A stretch of DNA of 64,000 bases from assembly GCF_008831285.2 (NCBI RefSeq), contig NC_045138.2, positions 19,034,001 through 19,098,000 on the forward strand, written 5' to 3'. The position numbers and the translations under genes are program-made. The DNA comes from Nymphaea colorata (lineage: Eukaryota). The notes under the pieces were generated by a model. That model ran no database searches, was not told where the DNA came from, and saw nothing but the letters and a program-made list of their open reading frames with translations. Below, in pieces: positions 1 to 11,521 of this stretch (positions within the stretch are counted from its first letter, which is position 1; each line of letters opens with the position of its first letter).

Positions 1-286
1 GTTGGTGGAGATTTGGGAAGCTTGTGGTTTTGTTGGGGTCTGGATTAAAAAGTTTTGAGTTTCAGTTTTCTAGATTGAAGAATCTGGTGACTAAATATGC
101 TTACTGTTTATCTTTCTGCCAAACATGCTTAAATAGTTTGTTGGTGATATTCAATTTTAAGCATGCAGAATGCTTAATCGTTTCCGATAAGCAGGTGTAT
201 TTCATCCTATTGTTCAACTGAGAACCGAAGCCCAGCCTTTCCTCCATGCCCCGAAGGGACTAAACTTGTTTTCATTGCATCGGGAT

Positions 287-468
287 CAGGGGCAGAGCCA
301 GGATTTTTTTCAGGAACGAGCCAAACGGTTAATCAAACTTATTCGGGTAGGGCCAAACTAAATCTGAATATAAAAAATACATTATCCAACAAAAAAAAAT
401 CGATTTTTGTAATGTAATTTTTTTTTCAAGTAGTTGGGGTGGCCTAGGCAGGCCCCCTCCCTGCTCGG
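287..468. mobile_element. Degenerate MITE (CAGGGGCAGAGCCAG-type terminus)
   Basis: Starts CAGGGGCAGAGCCAGG, has an AT-rich core and ends in a GC-rich GGCCCCCTCCCTGCTC tail. A similar terminus occurs at ~32255-32425. The right TIR is eroded and no TSD is seen. Confidence 0.4.
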
Positions 469-469
469 G

Positions 470-517
470 ATGATGCCTCTGCTATGTTTCAGCATGATGT
501 CTCTGCTATGTTTCAGC
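470..517. repeat. 24-bp tandem duplication
   Basis: ATGATGCCTCTGCTATGTTTCAGC followed by ATGATGTCTCTGCTATGTTTCAGC. Confidence 0.9.
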
Positions 518-870
518 TTGCATATTAGTGTTCTGCCTTTTGTATTATAGAAAATCAAAAAGAAGATTGGCCGCCTAGAACCCACCCCATCAAGTATGAC
601 TGAATACTCAATCGAATATGCTAAATGCATATTTTTTTAGCAAAACTTGCTTTAAGTATGTTTTGGGTGTAGGAGGCTGATTATTGGTATTGCTCGATGC
701 AACTTTTAGTTTACTTTCAAGAGATATTAAGTATGTCGGATATGGAAACTTAATAATCCACTCGTATTTCTACAGTTCTTTAGAAAATTAGGTAGTTGTA
801 GTGGATGATCACGGAATCCTGTCCGTATCAGTTGTGTGCAACTGATCTTTCATTTTACTCAGAACTAGAA

Positions 871-965
871 ATTATAATGCATTGAAAATGATTAAGCCTT
901 ATGACATGGTAAATAAACTGAATATTATAATGTATTGAAAATGATTAAAACTTATGACATGGTAA
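871..965. repeat. ~42-bp direct duplication
   Basis: ATTATAATG(C/T)ATTGAAAATGATTAA..CTTATGACATGGTAA occurs twice. Confidence 0.85.
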
Positions 966-1149
966 GTACGACAGTGTACTAATTGCATCTTGTACTTAGG
1001 CTTAAACAGGGGGCTAATGCGCTTGGGGAATCAAAACATTGTTTACAACTTATTTATTTCATCATAGCTTATGCTTCACCATTTATATATTTTATCATGG
1101 CTTGTGCTTCCTTTACAAGTAATGCCCAAAAGAAGTGGATAATGTTATG

Positions 1150-1515
1150 TAGGGCTGCACAACGAATCGAGCTCGAGTCAAACTCGATTCATTTATAAAT
1201 GAGTCGAGCATGAGTTCAAATGTATGTTTGAAATGTTAAATGAGCCGGGCTTGAGTTGTAAGAGCTCGACTCGGCTCCACTACATAATAAATGTTAAAGT
1301 ATAATGAGAAAATAATTAAATGAGTAGCATAAACTAGTTAAGTGAGTTGACGAATTAAAAGAAATGAGACATGTTTAACATATACAAGTTAAGCAAGTTA
1401 AGTTGGAGCTCAACTTGAGTTTTTTGTCGAGTTCGAGCTCCACTTTTCTGAGTCAAGTCAAAGTCACGCTCGAACTGATCCAACTCGAGCTCTACTCGAC
1501 TCATGTGTAGCCCTA
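1150..1515. mobile_element. hAT-type MITE with TIRs and 8-bp TSD
   Basis: TIRs TAGGGCTGCACA / TGTGTAGCCCTA. Flanks ATGTTATG (1142-1149) and ATGTTATA (1516-1523) match at 7/8. Many subterminal TCGAG/CTCGA repeats and no ORF. Confidence 0.85.
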
Positions 1516-3656
1516 ATGTTATATAGAAAATGACCCTACAGTAAAAGTGCCAATATGTTGATGCTTTGCCTACAATCGTTCAAAATTTTGAAAATTAAAA
1601 AAATAACAAAACGAAACCAAAAAAAAAAAACCTGCTCTATCACCTAACGTATATTATCATGTTATATATTTTGCAAGGTTAGGCACCATATATGCTCATC
1701 GTACTCCAGGGAAGCCTTTTTCATTTTTTATCTATTTGGGCAAATGTGACTACACCATATTATTCCCCATTATGAGAACTCTTAGTAAGAACGGAACAAA
1801 CTTACTACCTTACATCATCTCTTCCGCTGTTTATTCCACTGTTTCCAAAATTCTCATGCTTGTAACCTGTCATATAGATACACGGTTCTTGTCTATTTAT
1901 TTAAGAGAGAAGATAAAGGATAAGTGAGACCAGCGAAAAGTTTGCAATTATTAATCTTTTATTTTTACATACTTTGTTATTTTATTTTTAGTGCATAGTA
2001 TGCATATTTTAATTTATGTTTTTTAAAAACAATATTTATTTTAATTTCGAAGTATTTTTTCGTTTACTATACCAACGCCCTTCTGTCAAAAATTTTTGAC
2101 ACGACTAATGGTTGCCTCAGCACTTCATTTTCCAATGGACATGAAAAAAAAATGTTAAAAATTCAAGCTAGGTTTAGCTAAGCATGACATCTAAGGGGTT
2201 GACTAAAAGCAGGTATTGCCTTAGCTGTTTCATGAATTTATCGTAATCTTCAGCACAGATTTTCAAAACACTACTCAATAGATTAATGAAATGCCTAAAG
2301 AAAGATGCTCTCCGTTGTATGGAGCGCCAATTATGCGAATTCAACATGCGGTGCGGAAGACATTTTGTTTTTTGACATTCGTAAGAAAATATATCTAACA
2401 ACCTCCGAGAGTAATGGCCCCAACAGCCAGAAAATAACTCTTTGGGTTTGGAACCCCCAAAAGTACCTCATTTTTACTCGAATCAGAATCCGGTTTTTCT
2501 CAGAAAAAAAAAGACACCATCAGCATATTCCTTCACCACCTAATGGCACCTTTGCTAAGAAAACGAATAATAGAAAGTGCTCGGAGAACGCGTCGGGCAA
2601 CAGCTGTGTAACATGCCTTGCAATATGCTTTCGAGAGTACTGCGGCAGGCGACCGTAGACCCCTTTTAGTCTACACCCATAACGTGGTTTCAACTAAATG
2701 AAACCTAAAACTCCAGCTTACCAACTCAACTAAAGGTTTTGAGCGTAAAGCTCGGTCTAAATGACTGCAAAAAACAAGAAGACCGGGTAAGGAATACATC
2801 TATATCTAAAGCGGAAGGGAACAGCTTTCATTGACATTAAATAAAAAACAGAAAAGAGAGAGAAAATACAACTGCTCCACTGGAATCACCAACTCAAGCG
2901 ATTGGTCCCAGTTGTTTATAGTGTCTTTCGTACCTGGTTTCGCAATAAATCACTTTTATACAAAAACTTGGCTTGATGGTCAAACCACGTACCAAAAGGG
3001 CATGATGATTGCCTAACTTTAATTTTGGATCCCAAGACAAGACGAGGAGCTATGAAAAGCAAGCATCGCAAGTTATCTGCCAGACAAGACATTTTTTTCT
3101 TCCCAGGCTTTTTCTAATTGCAAAAAATCATAATGATAGGAGCTCAAAAGAGGCGTAAAGCTTTCAAATAACCAAACGTCGTATTAACGCAATCTAAAGG
3201 ATAACAACAAAAGCGGATCAATCTCTACATTAAGCCTATTTAAAAGAAAATTTCAACATAAGTTCTTGAACATTCCACCGAACCACGAACACCAAGAAAA
3301 AGATCAACCATAATCCTACCTCCTTTTTCCATTCTTTCTAATATTTGCCTCAACGAGCTACTGATCCTACGCTCCCTAGCTATACGAGAAATTAGAACAA
3401 GCGCAGGCAAATTCTTAGCAAACAACTGCAAGCATGCTTCCGAAGCGCAGAAGAGCCGCGGCGTTCGGTCAGGGAAGATTGATTGACTGAGTCCCCAATT
3501 TCAGAATCTGTTTCATTACAAAAGCAAAATGAGGAATCTGATCATTGCAGGTGTGTGTGTGTGTGAATGTATTTATATATAAAAAGATAAAACTGAAAGA
3601 AAAGACCTGTAAGTGAAGAAATTACCTCATCAGAAAATGGAGCTTCAGGCTGCATG

Positions 3657-3960
3657 CGGCATCTAACCACGTAACACTACTAGATCAAACAAACCTTTCG
3701 ACAGCCGCTACACCTAGACAGGAGACAGAAATCTACACAGAACAAGAAAAAGAGACGATGCAAAGGTCATGGCGCAATGCATGTCAAAAGCACGCAGAGC
3801 CGTTCTGGTGGGCATCTAACCACGTAAAGTCTACCCGAGTCCAACTAACAATTCGACAGCCATTACACCTAAAAAGGAAATCGAGAGACCTCGACAGATC
3901 AAGTGTGAAAGGAAGGAGATGATGCAAAGGTCATGAAGCATGTCAAAGTAGGCAGAGCCG
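3657..3960 (-). other. Tandem pair of ~150-nt putative structured cis-RNA elements downstream of the PNRC-like CDS
   Basis: Copies 3811-3960 and 3657-3802 share CGGCUCUGC, UUUGACAUGC, CAUGACCUUUGCAUC, UAGGUGUA..GGCUGUCGAA and an identical UUACGUGGUUAGAUGCC, while the spacers are diverged. The blocks pair with G-U wobbles on the - strand. Confidence 0.6.
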
Positions 3961-4536
3961 CTCCCAGCTTCCCCTTCCAAAAATGCGGGAAAGCGTAGGA
4001 AAGACATGCTGCTACTAAATGCCTCTGATAGAGAACAACGAAGAAGAAGCTTGGGTATGCGATAGAATAAGTTTGGTAAAGCATTCCCAAGCGTAGATGG
4101 TTGAAGCTTGGGAAGCAGAATGAAGCCAAGAGGGAGGAAAAAAGAAAACGCTTATAGTTGCTAGTGGAAAGAAAGACTAGAGACAGAAGAAGACGAAGAA
4201 ACAAGTCAAGCCAAGCAAAGGGACGAGATATACAGAAACTTCAGTAATCTACTTGAAAAGTCAAGTAAAATTAGCAACGGAACTAGAAGACAGTATCTAC
4301 TAATACATGACCTGATATTTCACTATCTTACTCTTCAGACAACCTAGAACAAATTAGCAAAACAAGGAACCGTAATACTAAAGTTTGGCTTGAACTAGGT
4401 AACCCAACTAAAAGCCACTAATTGAAATTCATTATTCCCACCTATGTACATCCTAAAGACAACAACAACAAGGAAGAATCTACTCATGTCACTAGGTGGA
4501 GCTTATTTACAGAACTAATGGAATTCCCCTCATGAT

Positions 4537-5157
4537 TTAGTTATCCTGAAGATCAAGATGGAGAATACGCCTCAAATCTTTGGTTGCAGAAGCAGCATCC
4601 AGAGAAAAGGCACGACCGGACGATGAAAAATGAGGATCTCTAGAAGGGGAAGGAGGGGCAGATTTCACGACGGGTGCCCTTGAGAATTCACGTTCCGGAC
4701 CAGGTAACTCCAGAGAGACACTGCGTTTCTGCCGAAGTGAAAACTTTGGTATGGGAAGTGAACTTGGAGGCGGAGAGTTAGAGTATGTTGGACCAGCCCA
4801 GCGCTCTGAACGTGGCGAAGCAGAGAAAAAGTCAGTCCCTCCGAGGGCAAAAGAAAGATCATCGATGCCATGCTTGTTTTTACATGCGATTGGAATCGGG
4901 CTGCTACGCCTACTGCCTTTGATTTTTTTGTTCTTGGATGATCTATCAGTTCCACGAGAACGCGTAGACTGGTGGGACGTTTCCGTTGCACCATATCTGA
5001 CCTGATCTGTACCATAATAACCACCACTTGTGAAAGCGAATGGAGGAGGGAAAATGCCCGTTCTTGACTGCGAACTTCGGCAATTTACAGGATTCTGGTT
5101 ATGTGTCTCCTGCTGACGGACATATTGTTGCTGATCTAAGAGAACAAGAGTTTCCAT
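4537..5157 (-). CDS. PNRC-like (proline-rich nuclear receptor coactivator / Edc1-like motif) protein, 206 aa, single coding exon
   Basis: ORF METLVLL...RWAGPTYSNSPPPSSLPIPKF...SATKDLRRILHLDLQDN. It has an aromatic-AG-x-x-aromatic motif, a Pro-rich LPxP segment and a C-terminal LxxIL helix, as in PNRC-type proteins. Confidence 0.85.
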   Translation of the reverse strand: METLVLLDQQQYVRQQETHNQNPVNCRSSQSRTGIFPPPFAFTSGGYYGTDQVRYGATETSHQSTRSRGTDRSSKNKKIKGSRRSSPIPIACKNKHGIDDLSFALGGTDFFSASPRSERWAGPTYSNSPPPSSLPIPKFSLRQKRSVSLELPGPEREFSRAPVVKSAPPSPSRDPHFSSSGRAFSLDAASATKDLRRILHLDLQDN

Positions 5158-8100
5158 TGACGCAAACGCTTCAAGCTTGCAAATACACGATCTGAATTAA
5201 ATTAAATATCTGTGCCTTCGCAAGGAAAATCTATGCAACACTGGTCATCTGAGTTAAAGCACCCAATTGCAAGAATTGCAACCCGAAACGAGGGATGCGG
5301 ATAAAAAGCTGACTTCTCTGACTAGCTTACAAGTCTGAAGACCCTGAACCCATCCGATCCCCTTTTTAGTCTGGGTCTGCTGAACAACACGTAGATTTTC
5401 ATGTGCCAAAAACGCTTTGCAACTTCGGAGAAAACCCTCAAAGCGAGTCCGTTACCTTGGACAGAAGAAGCCCGTCGAACACGATATTTTCTCTGCAGTA
5501 ATATGAAAAGTGAAACGGGTCATTCTGTCACTATACAAGGGGGAGGAGGTTAGAGAGACAAAGAGACGTTCCACCACAAAGGCTAAAAATTAGTGCGACC
5601 TAAATGGCCCATAAAGAGTGATGACGAACACGATCGCAGAAACCAAATCATGATAACATTTTCTTCAATAAAGCACCCTCCACCAAAAGACTAGTTTTTT
5701 TTTCCTAAGAAAAAAGAAAGAAAATAGCATTTGCAGTTAAGAAAGCATCAGAATAAGTTGATTACAACAAACTCTTCAACGAACATGCCATGATATAAAC
5801 GGAGCAGCGTAGCCGAAGAATGATATCACCAAATAATCAACAAAAAAATATTTTTCGCTGACGATCTTGGAAAAAAATATAAGTACTGGTCTAGAGACTC
5901 AATATAGTGATACAGACACAAAAGATTGAACAAGCTAACTAAATAGGGAAAACTTTTGCTAAAAAGGAAGGATTAACCACAAAAAGGGGAAAAAGCGAGA
6001 CTATTTCCGATTATTTCTCAATAAGCAGGCAATATTCTCCATAGTAGCCAAAAAAGAGTTTCGGAGACGCCTCAAGAGATAATAATTTCTGCAATCTTCC
6101 ACAAATAGCGCAGAAATAAACCGCAAAGCGAGCTAAATTTTCACATACAAGTCTCTCAAAACTCCAAGCATCCGTTGGTCAAATACTAAGAAGTAAGAAA
6201 TGCATCAAAACCGTTCACATCCAATCAACAAACAAAATTCAGGTATTCTCAAAAAAGTTAGATCCAAAAAAACTATATTGTTCATGCTACACGAGAAGCC
6301 GACCACTGAATCCAGAAAAAAAAAAAGGATCCCTAAATCTTCACCACTCATGTTTAAACACTAACCTTTCGACTCAAACCTTCCAGATCTGCTCACAGAG
6401 AAACAATCCAACCCTCTACGCCCCTCTTTCTCTAGACCTTCCAGATCGATCTCCCAAAAACCTCCACCAATCATGCAGATTCAACTCCGTCTCTCTCGAT
6501 TCACGCGCTAAACACCAGAAACACAAAATCTTCCGGTAATTTCTCAGATCCGAGCTGAGAATGCTCCGATAAACGTCGATGCAGAAGAAAAATCAACTCT
6601 ACACCGCTTTCCACAAAGAAACGCCGCGAGATCGGGAAATCCCCCAAAAATCCGCCGGAGTTTCGTACAGCGTGCAAGGAAGTGAAGGTTCACGAGATAT
6701 CGTCGCTATTCCGCAAGGAAGAAGTCGTTACTTCAGACGGATTTCGCTTCTACTTGGCGCGGAAGCTCCGTCCCAGGAAGAGAGACAGAGAGAGAGAGAT
6801 GAGGATGGGAGAGAAGGGGGGGGGAGGAAAAAGGAAAAATGAAGAGACGAAGCAGCACCAGATTCACGCGGACGTGAAGGGAGCCAAAAAACTGAATTTA
6901 AATATGGAAGGGAACACTATCGGAGCTGCCACCCTTCAAAGAATCAAAAATTGTGGGCCCGCACCGCAATTATGGTTCTTCGCTCCTCCCACTCCCCCAC
7001 CTTCTCTTCGTAAATTACCGAATCACCCTTGTCGCTCAATATGAATGCTGGTTGCCATTATTTTCTAATATGACGAAAATGCCCTCTCTGTGGAAGTAAT
7101 CATCCTCGCTTCGACCCAAGCAACGGAAACGTGCTGACCTCAAAAGCGAATTATTTATCTATTATTTGTCATCCTTGACAAAATCTTCTGTTCATCCCAT
7201 ACTATATTGCTTCTTGGATAAAACTTTAAAAATTATTGTAAAAATTATAAATTATTTGTTAATCATGAACTATTGTTAATACAAAAATAATCTTACCCAT
7301 CCGACAGTATTAAGCAGCTCACAAATTCATTTACCAATTAAATATCTTCTCTTTTAGTTACAAATATGGTGTTAAAAGTTGTGTAGTCCGTAAACTTGAT
7401 CTTATCAAAAATAAGATTGTCTTTTGGTAAGATTAGGCACGAGCGCGACTCACTTTTGCTGTTTTTTTGTAAAACTAGCATAATTTTTATCAATTCAGAT
7501 CATTTCTTAGGTCCCGTTTGATGGCATAATAAAATTTAAAACATTAAGTTTATCATGAAAAAAGTCGACACTAAAAAGTTTGATCCTTCGAGAAACTACT
7601 TTTTTTCAAGATAAAATTACGTTGATCCGTCTAATTTGACTGTATAATTGTTTTTGTGTTTGATTTGAAAATAAAAAGTCAGGGGATTAAGAGAATCTAA
7701 GAACCTAAGTAATGATGAGTGACTTTCATTAAAAAATCACCATTGATAAACAAGTAGTAAGACAAGGTTGTCAATGTATGAAGTTAAAATAGAAAGAATT
7801 GCCAAGAAGCACCTAATGTTTAGAAAAATAATAAATGACCCTTAAAAGTAATGAATAAGCACTCAACTTTTGAGGACAGTTTTCAAATCGTCACCCATGA
7901 GTAGTTAATATTTTTACATGAAATCATGACGGACTACTCCTTTTTGGACAAAGTAAATACATTTTTTCATTTAAAGGATGCATGTTTTGTCATTCCACAT
8001 CAAGAATTATCTATTCTTCTTTCAATACAAGTCTCTTTGAAATTTTCTTTCTAAAGTTGAGAACATGAGGCACCTTTTCATAATTTTGTCGCTAAAATGC

Positions 8101-10337
8101 TTTAGATTAGTCCCAACTACGTTTCATATTATTTTTTTCCTAGTTGGGGGCACACCTCATTATCGATGACATTATTCAATCCACATCACATCCATCGATA
8201 GTGGTTGATAAAGATTTGTGAGTCAAGTTCAACTCCACTTGTATTAATCTAACCAAACAAGGTTTCCTTCTTTCTTTCTTTTTCTTATTTTGCTTACTTG
8301 ATATTGAAAATTGACTGACATGTAGTCTGCAACGACAAGACCATTGAGGCATCCGCGACAGGTCAATATTGAACCAAGTTCTTTAATTGGACCCCCTTGA
8401 TCTTTCTTTTCTCATCAGTTATTGTAATAGGAGGCAAAAAAAATTAATGTAATCGAGAATATTTGAGGCGTTTATCAACTTTAATTTCCACAAGTATTTT
8501 GAGTAGTAACTTTTGTAGGAATTGAACATTTAAGTTAAATTTGAGAAAAGTAAAAAACCATAGTTGTTATTACTGATACCGACCTAGTTTAAGACCTCAA
8601 AAGCAAGAAAATGAGGAGATTTCGAGACTTTTTCTAGTGGTAGGATTAATACTTTTCGTGCAAATGGTAAAAAACCTTCCTATTTAACAAGGAGGTTTTG
8701 AATGTGTCTTTTAAAACTAAATAAAAAATTAATTTTTACAAAAAAAGTTTTTTTTTAAAAAAAAACCTCCCTAATTTTAGCTTGTTCAGTCGTTCATGAA
8801 ATTATATGAAATTATAGAATGAAAATTCAAGTTCAAACTTCAAAAACCTTGGGCATTGGGATGTCAAAGAATTTCAAACGAAGAGCGTCCTTTTCGTCCT
8901 TGATGGGAAGAGGGGAGGACTTCTTTGTCATTTACAGGAAAAAGGCTTGGAGTTAATGATGTCCGCTTTTCCCAATGGTGCAGTTCGCTTTTCAAAAAGT
9001 GGAAATGCGAACCAGCGCAAGAGAAGAGATGCCGTTCATATCATTTGTCCTTTCCGTCTAGGGCTACTTTGGTCATTTCGCTGCTGTTGTGACCTCCATC
9101 GGCTTGTTTCGTATGGATAGGTTTGATGGGGCAGCGGCGTAGCTTTCGCGTAAGATCGAGGATAAAATAGTAATCTTAGCGTGAAGGGGATTCAACCAAC
9201 TTGTTAAATCCACATAATTTTCTTGAAACAGTCTGACCCAGAAGAGGGCAGCGCGGCTCTAAAATATCAGGTGGGCCCCTTCATCGGACTCGACACGTGA
9301 CGGTGAGGCTTGGTGCTGAAGTGGCGGTCGTCGCGGAGACCGACCGGCTACTGCCGGTTGCTCCCGTGGAAGTTCGGTTGTGCGTAAGTCTCATGCCTAA
9401 ATGACAAAGCTACCCTCGCCCTAATCAAACATATTGCCGCAGGAAAATGATTACTCAAGCGAATGGAGCTTTCTAGTGACCGGGTCTGGGTCTCGATACC
9501 CAATTGGATATTGGATCTGGGTTGACACCGTCAAGGTCCCCTTACCTACCAAAATCTAACGCGTGTCACAACGTCTCCAGGTCCTTTGTTAGGCTGACGA
9601 GTTTGGCTTAGACTTGCAAAAAGGCGTCCGGCCAAATCCATTTGTGAAACATGCTTTTTTTTTTTTTTAGAAAACGTTTCTGATCTAAATTTAAGGTATG
9701 CCAAAATTCAGTTTTAAATATTAATTGATTGTTATTTTATCTTTAAATTTAATTATTTGATTTTAAATAATCTTATTTAGAAACGTTAGCATATTTGATT
9801 TGAATCATATTCAGTTGAATCGAGAAATAAGATTTAAGATTTGACATTCGATCACATTTAGATTCTACGATTTGAATGAAATTTATTGTTAGGAAAATAT
9901 GTTTTTACAATTTAGTTCAAATTTTAGATTCGGATTCAATTTAGATATGACTTTTTTTTATTCGTATTTAAATTAAATTTTAAATAAAAATATATAAATG
10001 TATGAACAATATAAAATTAAAAGTATATTCGATCTAAATCGAATTCGTTGACGTCCCTAAATCTTATTCTAATCTTCTTACATCTTTAATGATGAGATAT
10101 GCTATCATATAAAAAATTTTATATTAACAATGTTGGAAGAAAAAGCAAGCATCTCAAAAAAGGGGACGGGAAGAAGGAGGCAAAGCTCCATTAAGTGTCC
10201 CGGTCCTTAAAAAAGGTTATTTTATCGTAACATGTATGGAACGTAACCATGTTTAATTCACAAGTTGACACGTCGTAAAATTCACATCTGCAATATAAGC
10301 ATTAAATGCCTTTTTCTTGCACCAGTGAAAAAAAAAA

Positions 10338-10500
10338 GATTTTAAGAAAACGATGTAAATGAATGGGATTTTTTGGATTGGCTAAATTACCACATTGGAT
10401 CGAAACCATTTTGAACTTTATACGTGGATTTAAGAAAGCGATGTAAATAAATTGGATTTGGATTAGTCAAAGTACCACCTTGGATCTAATCCATTTTGAA
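10338..10500. repeat. Diverged ~75-bp tandem duplication
   Basis: GATTT(T)AAGAAA.CGATGTAAAT...TTGGATC..A.CCATTTTGAA occurs twice. Confidence 0.75.
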
Positions 10501-11382
10501 TGGGAAGACTAGAGCGTAGGGCTGGGCTGGTAAGGCCACTCACATTCAAAGGAGTTTAGGTTTAAATATTGTGGTCGCTGCGATGTATTACTACTTTAGA
10601 TTTGACACCAGAATTGATTTGATGAATATATGAGAAATCTACATAAGTTCGGAAACAAGCCAAAACCTTGAACTAAAGTTCTAATCAGTTCTAGATTTAT
10701 TTTAGATATCATGTCCAATCGTGATGGGTTTAATGTTGGGCATCTGAAATTGAACCGGTATACCCAAATCCAACTCCGGATCCAAATAAAGATCCACATG
10801 GGAACCAAATTGAACCTGTATTTACATTGGGAGACGTGCACGGGTGGAGCGAGACGCGTTGCCGTAGAAGTTCTCTCTCAAGGCAATAATTCACCCATGT
10901 GCACGTCCTTTTCCAGTTAAATGGGTGCGGATATGGATTTTTAAGTCTCAACCTTCCGGTTCCTGATTTTGACCCGATTCAGGTCTCGAAATGTGGTTTG
11001 GACCACGACTTTCTGAGCCCCAGTAGCTTCAAAAGAATCGCCTCAGTAACTTTATCGGAACTTGCTTCTTGGAAAATCCGATTTTCTTATGTTTAACTTT
11101 GGAAAAGCATAGTTAAGGGATCTCACCCCAGGTTTCAAGTCACCATACATTTGATTTTGCTTTGTTAATGTATTCATTAAAGTGCATCCTTACATCATGA
11201 ACTTGTTGAAATAAGTGGCAATATAAATATATTAGTATGCTTATATTTTCTTCAAAATATTCTTTAACAAGCATTTTAGAGGTATGGCTTTTTGTCCCTT
11301 ACCAAAGTGGTCCAAGATCTACAAATCTTGGTGTTTTCCTCATCTAACTCTCTTGAATGTGTTTCATTTTAAAAGTTCTTTC

Positions 11383-11521
<139 letters not shown>

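Noticed and set aside
3624..3633. CUGAUGAG on the - strand, resembling a hammerhead ribozyme core or snoRNA box
   Set aside because: No properly placed GAAA with closing stems, and no C/D box pair with a terminal stem, could be built.
3657..3960. Tandem units read as a miRNA cluster, H/ACA snoRNAs or a CRISPR-like array
   Set aside because: The stems are short and interrupted (no 21-bp duplex), there is no H-box/ACA architecture, only two units are present, and the context is eukaryotic.
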